DNA of 64,000 bases from an uncultured Candidatus Saccharibacteria bacterium (GCA_963522905.1 CAUQYS010000003.1:42845-106844), one strand, 5' to 3'; shown: positions 33,954 to 43,701, counted from the stretch's first letter. A program made the numbers and translations. Notes: generated by a model not told the origin, from the sequence alone.

Positions 33954-35212
33954 TGGGTGAGTGTACGCCACATACCAATCCATCTATCTTAGATGAGTCG
34001 CTGATGGCAGGGCTCAAGACACCAAGACGTGGTATAGCGGAGAGCAATCCCGAGATTGGCCGCCAGCGTTTGCCCGATTCTACTCAGCTCAAGATCATCG
34101 GCACAGCCTACGAGCAGTCGCCGCTGACATTTGATGACGCGATCGAAGCAACTATTCTTGTGGGTCACTTGGTGCGGCAGACACTTGAATTCGAAGACAT
34201 GGATGAAGCAACACCACTGTTGACTGCAGAACTCCTCGCGCAACGCGAGAAGGCTAATTGCTATGGCTACACCATTGTGGCATCGGAGTGCCTGGATCAA
34301 ATAGGGGTGGAGCATTATGTTGGGTATGTTAACCAGCATGCAGTGGTTATGTTGTTTGACCGCACGAGTGGAAGCAAGCGCTCGTTTTTGCTCGATGTTG
34401 CAACCAAGGAGTTTTACCAAGAAACGACCAAGGCGGTTGGTGGTGAAGACCCGCTTGACCAATTATGGCGTGGTGAGCTGCGCGCGATTAATACCTTGCA
34501 GACTAGTGAATTATTACGAAAAGTCGATATAGATGATCCAGGTAAGCGCCAAAAGTTCATAAGAGATCGGTTCTGGCTAAGCTTTGACAAAGACAGCCGC
34601 CATCGAGACGACGATGAGTATGAGTATCTGCTCCATAGCCAGCTGCAGCTCATTACCATGCCATCAGTGCCAGGCCGCGAAATGCTACGCCTGTACCACA
34701 ATGTGATCATTAATACACTGGGCAATAACCCCGATCCAGTTGCTGCGAGTGAGGATATTATTGATCAATTTGCTGGTATCTATCCAGATATTGATCCACG
34801 CAACAAGCTTGAGCATGCAAAGGCTCTACGCACAAAACTCATCGATCGGCACATGGGGGATAGCGCCCTGGCCTTAGCGGATGTGATCAAGGCAAGCTTG
34901 CTGCCCGACGATACTTCGGAGAGTCGGTTCTTTAAGGGTGAAACACTGCGCAAGATTGCAAAAGTTGAGGGCGACCCCAAGAAGGCAGCCGAAGCGATAG
35001 AAGAGTATAATGGGTTGTTTGAATTGCCATCTGATAATGCCGAGTTCTTGGTGAGCGTAGGGCGGGTGGTGGCACGTAAACCAGTGCTATCACGTGGGTT
35101 TGAGAAGACGCGCATGGAGAGGATCGCAGCTGCCGAGCGAGACAAAAAGAAGATTGAGAAACGATTAGCGAAGTCCTCGCGCCATAGAACATCACCAACA
35201 CAAGACCGCTAG
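33953..35212 (+). CDS. Hypothetical soluble protein with a possible papain/transglutaminase-like Cys-His-Asp arrangement
   Basis: The GTG overlaps the argS stop (alternative ATG at 34004). Contains KANCYGYTIVASECLDQIG...VNQHAVVMLFD...FLLDVATKE. Visibly AT-richer than its neighbours. Confidence 0.45.
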   Translation: MGECTPHTNPSILDESLMAGLKTPRRGIAESNPEIGRQRLPDSTQLKIIGTAYEQSPLTFDDAIEATILVGHLVRQTLEFEDMDEATPLLTAELLAQREKANCYGYTIVASECLDQIGVEHYVGYVNQHAVVMLFDRTSGSKRSFLLDVATKEFYQETTKAVGGEDPLDQLWRGELRAINTLQTSELLRKVDIDDPGKRQKFIRDRFWLSFDKDSRHRDDDEYEYLLHSQLQLITMPSVPGREMLRLYHNVIINTLGNNPDPVAASEDIIDQFAGIYPDIDPRNKLEHAKALRTKLIDRHMGDSALALADVIKASLLPDDTSESRFFKGETLRKIAKVEGDPKKAAEAIEEYNGLFELPSDNAEFLVSVGRVVARKPVLSRGFEKTRMERIAAAERDKKKIEKRLAKSSRHRTSPTQDR

Positions 35213-35228
35213 CAATTAATGTAGAATA

Positions 35229-35237
35229 TGCTATAAT
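35229..35237 (+). promoter_or_regulatory. Extended -10 promoter (TGcTATAAT) for mscL
   Basis: Perfect TGnTATAAT 32 nt upstream of the ATG. SD AAGGAG lies in between. Confidence 0.65.
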
Positions 35238-35268
35238 TTGAATAAACAATGGTTAATAAGGAGAACCT

Positions 35269-35718
35269 ATGGCAGAACGAAAAACAACCAAAACCAAAGC
35301 AGCTGCTGCAAAGAAGCCTACTGCACGCCGCACCCCACGCAAGGCTGCCCAAGAGGCTGCAGCTGCTGCCCAAGCGATGGAACAGAAGATGAAGAATAGC
35401 CACCTCGGCGGTTTTGCCGACTTCATCCGTGAGCAGGGCGTGGTTGGCTTGGCTGTTGGTTTGGCGATTGGTACTGCTGCTGGCGATACGGTTAAAAAAT
35501 TAGTTCAGGGGTTCATTAGCCCAGTGGTGCAGTTTATCGTCGGTTCGCAGAAGGGGCTCGAGGCTGCTAGTACGCATATTGAGATTGCTGGGCGCAGCGC
35601 TGACTTTGCGTGGGGAGCTTTCGTGAGCTCGCTCATCACCTTGCTGGCTACAGCGTTCGTCATCTACCTGATCATCCACTTTCTCAAGCTCGACCGCTTG
35701 GACAAGAAAAAAGACTAA
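35269..35718 (+). CDS. mscL: Large-conductance mechanosensitive channel MscL with Lys/Ala-rich N-terminal extension
   Basis: Contains FADFIREQGVVGLAVGLAIGTAAGDTVKKLVQGFISPVV...FVSSLITLLATAFVIYLIIHFL. About 45 extra basic residues lie at the N-terminus. Confidence 0.85.
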   Translation: MAERKTTKTKAAAAKKPTARRTPRKAAQEAAAAAQAMEQKMKNSHLGGFADFIREQGVVGLAVGLAIGTAAGDTVKKLVQGFISPVVQFIVGSQKGLEAASTHIEIAGRSADFAWGAFVSSLITLLATAFVIYLIIHFLKLDRLDKKKD

Positions 35719-35743
35719 GTAGGCAAGAGCCTGCGTAGCGATC

Positions 35744-35770
35744 AACCACACCCACCGCGGTGTGGTTTTT
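35744..35770 (+). terminator. Rho-independent terminator
   Basis: Stem AACCACAC/GTGTGGTT followed by TTT. Confidence 0.8.
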
Positions 35771-36027
35771 CTATGGTGAATAATAAATTTGCGCACTGCC
35801 CAAATACCTACGTAGCCTGAACACAATAATAAACCATTCGGAAATAACAGGGGTAAAGGAGGAAATTTACTCTATAGTTGTGTCTGGAAGCGAGGAGATA
35901 GGAGGGTAGGCAAAGACACCTGAACAAAAAAGTAGTACACGCAACTTGCGTATCAGTAAAGCTTATGCTTATAACAGTGATAGCTAAGGATGAGCGCTAT
36001 GTGGTGGACATGTAGTATACTAGAAGC

Positions 36028-36579
36028 ATGAAACCAAGCTTCAAACCAAAACGGATTTTGTGGGTAGACCTTGAGATGACGGGGCTGGACCCTACTACAG
36101 ATGAGATACTAGAAGTGGCGGCGATTGTGACGGACTGGACTTTTGCCGAGATTGCAACGTACGAAGGGGTGGTGCGCCATGATGCGGTTAAGCTTAAGCG
36201 CCTCCTCGATGGCAACGCCAGCTTTTGGGATCAGCATCCGGCAGCGCGGCGTGGGCTGGAGGAGCAGAATGCCCAGGGCAAGCCGCTGGCAGAGATCGAG
36301 CAAGAGCTGCTGGCATTTTGCGATGCGCAGTGTGCTGGCGAGGGGCGGATATTGCTGGCGGGGAACTCCATCCACCAAGATCGCCGCTTTATCGATCACT
36401 GGTGGCCGCAGCTGGCCCAGCGTTTGCACTACCGCATGCTCGATGTAAGCGCCTGGAAGGTGGTGATGGAGGGCAAATACGGCAAGAAATTTGCCAAGCC
36501 AGAAGACCACCGCGCGCTGGAGGATATTCGTGGTAGTATTATGGAGCTGCGCTATTATCTCCAAAAGGTCGCTCTGTAA
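36028..36579 (+). CDS. orn: Oligoribonuclease (DEDDh 3'-5' exonuclease)
   Basis: Contains ILWVDLEMTGLDPTTDEILEVAAIVTD, GNSIHQDRRFI and HRALEDI. TATACT lies 6 nt upstream of the ATG (leaderless). Confidence 0.88.
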   Translation: MKPSFKPKRILWVDLEMTGLDPTTDEILEVAAIVTDWTFAEIATYEGVVRHDAVKLKRLLDGNASFWDQHPAARRGLEEQNAQGKPLAEIEQELLAFCDAQCAGEGRILLAGNSIHQDRRFIDHWWPQLAQRLHYRMLDVSAWKVVMEGKYGKKFAKPEDHRALEDIRGSIMELRYYLQKVAL

Positions 36580-37442
36580 TGCCCGAGCTGTGGCGCGATA
36601 TCACGATCGATACAATTGAGCAGCGACGGGCGCTGCTAAGCGAACTGCGCCTACCTGAGCTGCAGGCCCGTATAGTGCGCGAGCATCGCTGGCTGCCACA
36701 GGCGATAGAAGGGGAGGCGTGGCTGCTGCTGACGCTGGATATACCATACGTCAGTCGGCACAATGTGAAGTACCACACCATTACCATTTTACTCAGTAAA
36801 ACCGAGATTATTACGCTGCACCAGGGCGAGCTAGATGATGAGCTCATTCAGCGCATTACTGCGCTGCAACCCAGTCACACGACGCCATCGCTTATTCTGG
36901 CGACTATTGCGCAGTTTTCTATTGAGCAATTTATGCCGCTGCTCAACCATATCGACGATGTGACCGACCAGCTGGAGGATACGATGATTCGCACCCCAGA
37001 CAACCAGCAGCTCCAGCAGCTCTTTGTGTACAAGCGTCAGTTAGCCGACCTGCGCAAAGTGGTGCTTCCCTTGATGAATGTGCTCAATGGCCTCAGTAAC
37101 GGCCGCTATGCCTTGTTTGATAAAAAATGCACGGTGTATGTGCGCGATAGTTACGACTACGCCTGGCGCGTCCACGAGCTTATTGATACAATGCGCGACC
37201 TTCTCACCAGCGCGCTCGATATGTACCTCTCGGTGGTGTCTAACCGTATGAACGATGTGATGAAGCGCCTGACCTTGGTTGCCACTGTCTTTATGCCGGT
37301 CTCGTTCTTGACGGGCCTGGGCGGGATGAACTTCGTGCAGTTGCCGTTTCGCAGTGATGTCGCCTTCTGGCTGATGATCGGCCTGATTGTCCTCATACCG
37401 CTGGCGATGGTGGGGTATTTTGTGCGGCATAAGTGGTTGTAG
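36579..37442 (+). CDS. corA: CorA-family magnesium/cobalt transporter
   Basis: GMN motif (LTGLGGMNFVQLPF) before the last of two C-terminal TM helices. The start overlaps the orn stop (TAATG). Confidence 0.85.
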   Translation: MPELWRDITIDTIEQRRALLSELRLPELQARIVREHRWLPQAIEGEAWLLLTLDIPYVSRHNVKYHTITILLSKTEIITLHQGELDDELIQRITALQPSHTTPSLILATIAQFSIEQFMPLLNHIDDVTDQLEDTMIRTPDNQQLQQLFVYKRQLADLRKVVLPLMNVLNGLSNGRYALFDKKCTVYVRDSYDYAWRVHELIDTMRDLLTSALDMYLSVVSNRMNDVMKRLTLVATVFMPVSFLTGLGGMNFVQLPFRSDVAFWLMIGLIVLIPLAMVGYFVRHKWL

Positions 37443-37454
37443 TATCATAGTGCT

Positions 37455-37796
37455 ATGACACACAAGCAGCTCGAAGAATTTTTGCTCAGCCTGCCCGGAG
37501 CGTGGCTCGACTATCCCTTTGGGGATGATATCGCGGTGTACAAGGTAGGGCGCAAGGATGTGCCTGGCCAGCAGGAGAAGATGTTTGCGCTTATTGCCGA
37601 AGGGTCGCAGCCACTAAGGGTGAGCCTCAAGTGCGACCCGCAGCTGGCCCTCACCCTGCGCGAGCGGTATGAGTCGGTCCAGCCAGGTTACCACCTCAAT
37701 AAAAAGCATTGGATTACTGTTATTTGCAGCGGCCAGTTGAGTGATGATGAGGTGATTGACCTAGCGCGGCTCAGTTACCGGCTGGTGACGGAGTAG
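37455..37796 (+). CDS. MmcQ/YjbR-family protein
   Basis: Contains LPGAWLDYPFGDDIAVYKVGRK...MFALI...PGYHLNKKHWITV. TATCAT lies 6 nt upstream of the ATG. Confidence 0.75.
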   Translation: MTHKQLEEFLLSLPGAWLDYPFGDDIAVYKVGRKDVPGQQEKMFALIAEGSQPLRVSLKCDPQLALTLRERYESVQPGYHLNKKHWITVICSGQLSDDEVIDLARLSYRLVTE

Positions 37797-37835
37797 CGCG
37801 CTCGTTTTTTGAGAAGAATCGTCAGTATAGGAAGG

Positions 37836-37866
37836 AGTGCTCACGGTGTGAGCGCTTTTCTTTTTG
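37836..37866 (+). terminator. Rho-independent terminator
   Basis: Stem AGTGCTCAC/GTGAGCGCT followed by TTTTCTTTTT. Confidence 0.85.
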
Positions 37867-37976
37867 TTGAGTGATAATGCCTTAATACTTACCATCTCAC
37901 GCGGAGGAAAACTCTTGGGAATACGCCATGCAACTATACACAATCAGATGTTTGTTTTATATAGTGCAGCGCATTA

Positions 37977-38001
37977 ACAAAAGCCCGCCAGAGAGGCGGG
38001 C
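37977..38001 (-). terminator. Rho-independent terminator (minus strand)
   Basis: Stem GCCCGCC/GGCGGGC with loop AGAGA. The A-run on plus is a T-run on minus. Confidence 0.8.
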
Positions 38002-38032
38002 TGTGTCAGTAGAGTAAGTAGTAAGTGTATTG

Positions 38033-39187
38033 CTACTTTGTTGAGGTGAAGTTGCTAAACGACTTGGTGGCAGCGTCGAGCGTCTTGCTGTTGGTGGCGA
38101 CGTAGTCGGCGATGGCTTTGCGGTTGCCACTGGCGGTTTTGAGCTTCTGGAGGTAGCTCTTGAGGATGGATAGCTGGTAGCTCATTTCACGTGCGTAGAC
38201 GCGGTCGAGCGCGCCAGTCAGGTAAGCGTCTTCGAGTGTTTTGGAGAGTTTGTCGGAGTAGGCTTTTTCGGTCTTTTTGGCATCGCCGACTAGCTCGGTC
38301 TTGATCTTCGCATCCTTGAGCGACGACTTGAGTTCTGTCCCCATACTACCCAGCGAGGTGGTGAGCGTGGTGTTCATGCTCGAGAGCTCATTTTCTGTCA
38401 GGCGTGATTGCTGCTCCTTGGTGGCTGCTTGCAGTGTCTCGATGCGGGCTAGGGTGCTTTGGGCTTGCTTAGTGTAGTTGGGCTGGCTATTGACCATCAT
38501 CATGATAATGGCAAAGGCAAGTAGGAGTACGCCGCCGATCAGGCCAAACACCGCAAAGCGGTTAATCTGTACTGGTTGCTGCTTGGGTGCAATCTCGTTG
38601 AGGTAGTCTACTGGGAAGGAGGTGTCTGGTTCGCTTGCTGCACCAAGGTCTGCGTCGGTAGCAGCCATAGCAGTGGCGCCGAGTGGCTGCTGCGGGTTGG
38701 TATATGCCTGGCCATTGTAGCCGCCCGATTGTGGCTGGTAGGGTTGCGCAGTGGGCTGACTAGGGCTTGGGTAGGCGCTCGCATAGCTCTGTGATTGGTC
38801 TGCGCTAGTGTGTGAACTGGGTTGGTTAATTGGTTGGGGTGCCGTAGCTGGTGGCTGTTGCTCGGGCTGTGGCGCGTAGTGGTATGACTGGCCTGCGCCA
38901 TAGCTCGCGGCTGGTTGGTCGTGTGATGGCTGATACGGCTGGTAGGAAGCAGCTTGGGGCTGCGGTGATGAAGGAGTGGGCTGCTCTTGATACTGTGGCT
39001 GAGTTGGTTGGCTCTGTGTTGCCGGATTATATGCACCATAGCCATAATCCTGCGCACCCGACGCCGCTTGGGTAGCATAGTAGGGGACATACGGAGCAGC
39101 TGCCGGCGCATTGGGTTGCGGGGGCTGTTGCTCGGGCTGCGGGGCCGAACCATTCGGTTGGGGAGTGTATGGTTGCTGTGGATTCAT
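38033..39187 (-). CDS. Hypothetical single-pass membrane protein with Pro/Gln/Tyr-rich N-terminal half and helical C-terminal ectodomain
   Basis: Trimmed to ATG 39185-39187 (MNPQQPYTPQPNG...). TGgTATTAT lies 7 nt upstream (leaderless). TM helix FAVFGLIGGVLLLAFAIIMMMV. Confidence 0.6.
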   Translation of the reverse strand: MNPQQPYTPQPNGSAPQPEQQPPQPNAPAAAPYVPYYATQAASGAQDYGYGAYNPATQSQPTQPQYQEQPTPSSPQPQAASYQPYQPSHDQPAASYGAGQSYHYAPQPEQQPPATAPQPINQPSSHTSADQSQSYASAYPSPSQPTAQPYQPQSGGYNGQAYTNPQQPLGATAMAATDADLGAASEPDTSFPVDYLNEIAPKQQPVQINRFAVFGLIGGVLLLAFAIIMMMVNSQPNYTKQAQSTLARIETLQAATKEQQSRLTENELSSMNTTLTTSLGSMGTELKSSLKDAKIKTELVGDAKKTEKAYSDKLSKTLEDAYLTGALDRVYAREMSYQLSILKSYLQKLKTASGNRKAIADYVATNSKTLDAATKSFSNFTSTK

Positions 39188-39460
39188 AGTTACTATAATA
39201 CCATTTAAACACAACCACTAACAGAGGTAAAGAGCATAATCTCTAACAGAGGTCAGATGGATGAAGTAAGCATAGTATATACCCCTCTACCCTATATACT
39301 CTATACCCCTATATACTATATAAAAATTAGTCTCTGTTTTGGTTTGTTGCTGTATATGATCGGTCGTGTGGGTTGAATAGTTTTCGGGGGAGGTGAGAAT
39401 GATCAGATAGGCGATTGGTGCGGTTCGATTGGTCTATACTCAATGCGGTATACTATACCT

Positions 39461-41209
39461 ATGGATGCCAAAGAAGAGGTGCGGGCACGCTTAAATATAG
39501 AGGATGTGGTGGGCGAGTATGTGCAGCTTAAGCGGGCGGGGCGGAGTTACAAAGGCTTGAGCCCCTTTACTAGTGAGCGGACGCCGAGCTTTTTTGTGAG
39601 CCCGGAGAAGAATATTTGGCATGACTTTAGTAGCGGGCGGGGCGGCGATGTCTTTAGCTTTATTATGGAAGTAGAGGGGCTAGACTTTCGCCAGGCGCTG
39701 GAGCTACTCGCGCGCAAGGCGGGGGTGGATCTCTCGCTGTATGAGCAGAAGGGTAATCGCGACCTGGCGCGGCGCAAGCAGCGGCTCCTTGAGGCGCATC
39801 GACTAGCGGCGAATTTTTATCAGCATTGCTTGGTGCGGAGCCAGGATGCGCTGGCGTATGTGTTTCGGACGCGGCGGCTGAGTAAGGCGATTGTCCAGCA
39901 GTTTCAGATTGGCTATGCGCCGCGTGATGGTCAGGCTCTGGTAACGTATCTTAAGAAAAAAGGCTTCTCGCTGGCAGAGCTGCGCGAGGCGGGCTTGGTG
40001 AACCGCTACGATGGCGACCTCTTTCGCGGGCGGATGATGGTGCCGTTGATGGACGCTGGTGGGCAGGTGATTGGTTTTACGGCGCGGCTCATTACTGATG
40101 TACCCAATGCGCCCAAGTACCTCAACACACCTCAGACGTTGCTCTACGACAAAGGCCGGCACGTCTTTGGCCTGATGCAGGCAAAGCAGGCAATTCGCAC
40201 CCGGGGCTATGCCGTGATTGTCGAGGGTAATATGGATGTGATAAGCAGCCATCAGGCGGGCGAAGCAGCAGTAGTGGCGACGGCGGGCACCGCCATGACG
40301 GAGCATCACATTCGGGCGCTTAAGCGGCTGGCGGGCGATATTCGACTGAGTTTTGATGGTGATAACGCCGGGCAGGCCGCCACAGAGCGAGCAATTGGCC
40401 TGGCTGCCCAAGCGGGGGTGGAGCTAAAGGTGGTGTCGCTGCCGGTGGAAGCGAAAGATCCCGATGAGCTCATCCAGCAGCAGGGGGTGGCAGCGTGGCA
40501 GCAGGCGATTGCAGCGGCTCAGCCAGCGGTGGATTGGCTCCTGGCGCAGTATCGGCAGCAGCTTGATCTCACCACGGCGGCGGGCAAGCGGCAGTTTACG
40601 ACAGTTGGGCTGGCATTTGTTAATCGTTTGGGCGACCCAGTGGAGCGCGAGCACTACCAGCGGCAGATTGCTCAGGCGGTGGGCTCTAGTGTGCAGGCTG
40701 TGCAGGCCAAGGCGCAGCAAACGGCACCGGCTGCACCCATCCGCAAGGCCATTAAGGCGGCTGCGGCTGCACCACGCAATCGCTACCTCGTACAAGACGA
40801 CGTGCTTGCGCTGGCGATGCTCGATGGGCCGAGCCAGGAGTTGTTTGGGCGAGTTGACTCACAGCTCTTTGCGGGGGAGGCGCGCCAGGCCTTGGCTCAG
40901 TACTATGCGGCGCACCACGGGCAACCTCTTACCACTACGCCGCCGCCATTGCAAAATTTTGACGAGTATATTACAATGGTGCGGGTACGTGCCGACGCTC
41001 GGTATGGTGCGTGGAGCGAGACCGATCGCTACTACGAGACCGCCCGGCTTTTGCGGCAGATCGAAACCGAACACAAGCAGCAACACAAACAAGATCTCAT
41101 CACCCACTTGCGCCAAGCAGAAGAGAGCGGCGATACGACTGCTGCCGCTGCTTTGCGCGAGCAACTGAACCAATTAATCAAGGAGATAGCGCGTGGCAAC
41201 CGACGATAA
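39461..41209 (+). CDS. dnaG: DNA primase DnaG (zinc-ribbon ligands all substituted)
   Basis: Start set at ATG 39461 ([17 protein letters not shown]...), 6 nt after TATACT. The alternative ATG 39443 lies only 2 nt after another TATACT. TOPRIM region [13 protein letters not shown]...[10 protein letters not shown]. The zinc-ribbon region reads [31 protein letters not shown]. Confidence 0.9.
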   Translation: MDAKEEVRARLNIEDVVGEYVQLKRAGRSYKGLSPFTSERTPSFFVSPEKNIWHDFSSGRGGDVFSFIMEVEGLDFRQALELLARKAGVDLSLYEQKGNRDLARRKQRLLEAHRLAANFYQHCLVRSQDALAYVFRTRRLSKAIVQQFQIGYAPRDGQALVTYLKKKGFSLAELREAGLVNRYDGDLFRGRMMVPLMDAGGQVIGFTARLITDVPNAPKYLNTPQTLLYDKGRHVFGLMQAKQAIRTRGYAVIVEGNMDVISSHQAGEAAVVATAGTAMTEHHIRALKRLAGDIRLSFDGDNAGQAATERAIGLAAQAGVELKVVSLPVEAKDPDELIQQQGVAAWQQAIAAAQPAVDWLLAQYRQQLDLTTAAGKRQFTTVGLAFVNRLGDPVEREHYQRQIAQAVGSSVQAVQAKAQQTAPAAPIRKAIKAAAAAPRNRYLVQDDVLALAMLDGPSQELFGRVDSQLFAGEARQALAQYYAAHHGQPLTTTPPPLQNFDEYITMVRVRADARYGAWSETDRYYETARLLRQIETEHKQQHKQDLITHLRQAEESGDTTAAAALREQLNQLIKEIARGNRR

Positions 41210-42218
41210 GGATACCAAGCAAAAAAAACCAGCAACCACAGCTCAGGCAGCGCCGCCCGATGCCCAGCCACCGATCATGGATCTAGCCGTCGACGATATG
41301 GAGCCCGACCTCGCAGCACTTGAGGAAGAAGACACGCCAGAGGAGATTCTCAACAGTAACCAATACTTTGATGATATTAGTGACGACTCGGTCCGGCTGC
41401 ATCTGCGTGAGATCGGCAAGATCCCGCTACTGAGTGCTGACGAAGAGGTTGATCTCGCTTATCGCATCAAGCAAGGCGATAAGCGGGCGAAAGACAAAAT
41501 GGCCGAGGCTAATATGCGACTGGTGGTAAGCATTGCCAAGCGGTACAGTGGTCGTGGCCTCGATTTTCTCGATCTTATCCAAGAAGGGCACACGGGGCTA
41601 TTGCGGGCGGTGGAGAAGTTTGACCCAGACAAGGGCTTTAAATTCAGCACCTATGCCACCTGGTGGATTCGCCAGGCGATTACCCGTGCGATTGCTGACC
41701 AAGCGCGCACTATTCGTATTCCTGTCCACATGGTGGAGACGATCAACAAGCTGCTGCGCACCCAGCGCCGCCTCACGCAAGACCTCAACCGTGAGCCAAC
41801 CATTACCGAGCTTGCTAAAGAGCTTGATATGGAGCCGGATAAGGTTGAGTATGTGATGAAGATCAAGCAAGACATCAGCAGCCTGGATGCTGGTGTGGGG
41901 CGCGATGGTGACGACTCGGAGGAGTCGGTGCTCGGGGACTTTATCGAGGACGAAGATACGGTCAGCCCTGAAGAGTCGGCCTCCAACCAACTTCTCAAAG
42001 AGCAGGTGCAAGACATTCTCTCCACCTTGAGTGACCGCGAGCAGAAGATTATTAAAATGCGCTTTGGTCTGGAGAATGGCAAGAGCCACACGCTGGAGGA
42101 AGTTGGGCAGGAGTTTGCCGTGACGCGTGAGCGTATTCGTCAGATTGAGGCCAAGGCTCTCGCCAAGCTGCGCAAGCATAAGGATGCCAAGAAGCTGTAT
42201 GAGTATTTGCAGCAGTAG
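41193..42218 (+). CDS. rpoD: Primary RNA polymerase sigma factor (sigma-70 family)
   Basis: GTG start 7 nt after AAGGAG, overlapping the dnaG end. Region 2: [31 protein letters not shown]. Region 4: [24 protein letters not shown]. Confidence 0.93.
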   Translation: MATDDKDTKQKKPATTAQAAPPDAQPPIMDLAVDDMEPDLAALEEEDTPEEILNSNQYFDDISDDSVRLHLREIGKIPLLSADEEVDLAYRIKQGDKRAKDKMAEANMRLVVSIAKRYSGRGLDFLDLIQEGHTGLLRAVEKFDPDKGFKFSTYATWWIRQAITRAIADQARTIRIPVHMVETINKLLRTQRRLTQDLNREPTITELAKELDMEPDKVEYVMKIKQDISSLDAGVGRDGDDSEESVLGDFIEDEDTVSPEESASNQLLKEQVQDILSTLSDREQKIIKMRFGLENGKSHTLEEVGQEFAVTRERIRQIEAKALAKLRKHKDAKKLYEYLQQ

Positions 42219-42238
42219 GGAATAGTGCACGAGAATAA

Positions 42239-42269
42239 TCGGCATACAGTATGTATGTCGATTTTTTGG
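42239..42269 (+). terminator. Rho-independent terminator
   Basis: 10-bp stem ATCGGCATAC/GTATGTCGAT (one G-T pair) followed by TTTTTT. Confidence 0.9.
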
Positions 42270-42470
42270 ATAAATTGCTTGCAAAAGTCGTTACTGTATG
42301 GTTTTTTGGTGAAGCTTCTGTATAATAATGGCTATTTACTTTGCTGTGAGGGCACAAACCTCTCGAATACCCACTCCTACTATCGCTACCGAGAAATAGA
42401 GATCATGATTGTAGAGGGGTGAATACGAAAGCCCTAAAAATGCAGAAGGTACTCCCAAAATACTTTACAT

Positions 42471-42501
42471 AAAAATACCCAGTAGTACGCTGGGTATTTT
42501 T
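42471..42501. terminator. Bidirectional terminator
   Basis: Stem AATACCCAG/CTGGGTATT flanked by A5 and T5. It lies 18 nt downstream of the minus-strand gene 42519..42989. Confidence 0.8.
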
Positions 42502-42518
42502 ATATCGAAGCATGTGGC

Positions 42519-42989
42519 TTAGTAGTAATAATAGTACCACCAAGATGGCTTGGACAATACACCAACAAACACAAGTATCCAGAAAAGCCAGATAAGACAC
42601 CAGCAGACTGACCCAAAGATGCCCCAGCCCAGACTAACGTTACCCCACGTTGTAGACATACCGGCCTCCTTAGACTTATTGCGCGAAATAATGCCAAGGA
42701 GAATACCACCGATAGAGATACCAAAGAAGCTCAAGACGCATCCAATAACACCCAGTGTCTCACCCGGGTTATCATAACGAACGGGGTAGGCATATGGTGT
42801 TGGCTGCGGCGCTGGTGCAGCAGGTTGCTGGTATTGATATGTTGGCTGTGGCTGGGGTACTGGTGCGGCTGGCTGCTGGTATTGGTATGTCTGCTGCGGC
42901 TGCGGTTGTGGTTGGGCTACCGGTTGTGGTTGCACAGCTGGCTGTGGTTGCGGGGCAGCAGGTTGCTGGGGTGTTGGCTGGTTGTTCAT
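42519..42989 (-). CDS. Hypothetical membrane protein with Pro/Gln-rich N-terminus and Trp/Tyr C-terminal tail
   Basis: PQ-rich repeats (QQPAAPVPQPQPTYQYQQPAAPAPQP), then 3 hydrophobic helices. It ends SKPSWWYYYYY. SD GAGGAG and -10 TATAAT lie upstream. Confidence 0.6.
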   Translation of the reverse strand: MNNQPTPQQPAAPQPQPAVQPQPVAQPQPQPQQTYQYQQPAAPVPQPQPTYQYQQPAAPAPQPTPYAYPVRYDNPGETLGVIGCVLSFFGISIGGILLGIISRNKSKEAGMSTTWGNVSLGWGIFGSVCWCLIWLFWILVFVGVLSKPSWWYYYYY

Positions 42990-43119
42990 AGACTCCTCGT
43001 ATTAGGCTATTATAGTATTGTGCATTTGCCTCATGCACACGTGATCTGATGGGAGGATTATAGCAGGGGAAGGGCGATGTGTCAATTATCTGATGATTTA
43101 TATACCCCACTGGGGTATT

Positions 43120-43695
43120 TTACAGCCAACCAATCTCGCGGCAGAGGGCGTCGACTTGCTGGTGGAGTTCGGTGAGATCGTGGCTGTTGGAGATAAAGTG
43201 GTCGGCAATGGCGATGGGGCCACCTTTCTCGATATCTTCAATTTCCGACCAGTCGCGGGCGATTGCTTCCTGCGCGGTAAAGGGCCGCTCGGGTCGCTGG
43301 GCGAGGCGGCGGTGACGGAGCTGTTTGGGTGCGACGATGGCCGCGACAACGAGCTCACCTGGGAAGTGGTGGGTGAGGTATTTGTACTCTGTCCAGGAGT
43401 AGAGCCCGTCAAAGAGGATGTGGCGCTGCCCAGCGGCGGCAAGGCGCTGCATTTGCTCGGCAGCAGTGCGGATGATGATGTCTTTGCCAGCCTCTTCGCG
43501 CCAGGCTTTGCGAAATTCGGCTTGTGATTGCGGGGTGATGGCGATGCCGCGGCGGCGCATTTCGTCGTAGAGTATGCCACCAGCGTAAACCTTGGGGATG
43601 CCAAGGCGTGCGACGTGGTTGACTGCCTCGCTCTTGCCTGCGCCCGAGAGGCCAACGAAGGCAAGGATTGTCGTCGGGTGAGATGGATGATTCAT
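43120..43695 (-). CDS. P-loop nucleotide/nucleoside kinase-like protein (CoaE/UPF0200-like)
   Basis: Walker A ILAFVGLSGAGKSEA. It has the overall size and layout of small NMP/dephospho-CoA kinase-like proteins. Substrate unknown. Confidence 0.6.
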   Translation of the reverse strand: MNHPSHPTTILAFVGLSGAGKSEAVNHVARLGIPKVYAGGILYDEMRRRGIAITPQSQAEFRKAWREEAGKDIIIRTAAEQMQRLAAAGQRHILFDGLYSWTEYKYLTHHFPGELVVAAIVAPKQLRHRRLAQRPERPFTAQEAIARDWSEIEDIEKGGPIAIADHFISNSHDLTELHQQVDALCREIGWL

Positions 43696-43701
43696 ATCTC
43701 T

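Noticed and set aside
42320-42501. Possible ~170-nt sRNA between rpoD and the PQ-rich gene (TGTATAAT at about 42320; terminator at 42471..42501).
   Set aside because: The terminator is bidirectional and is already explained by the minus-strand gene. I found no convincing internal structure or conservation evidence. It is kept only as a weak possibility.
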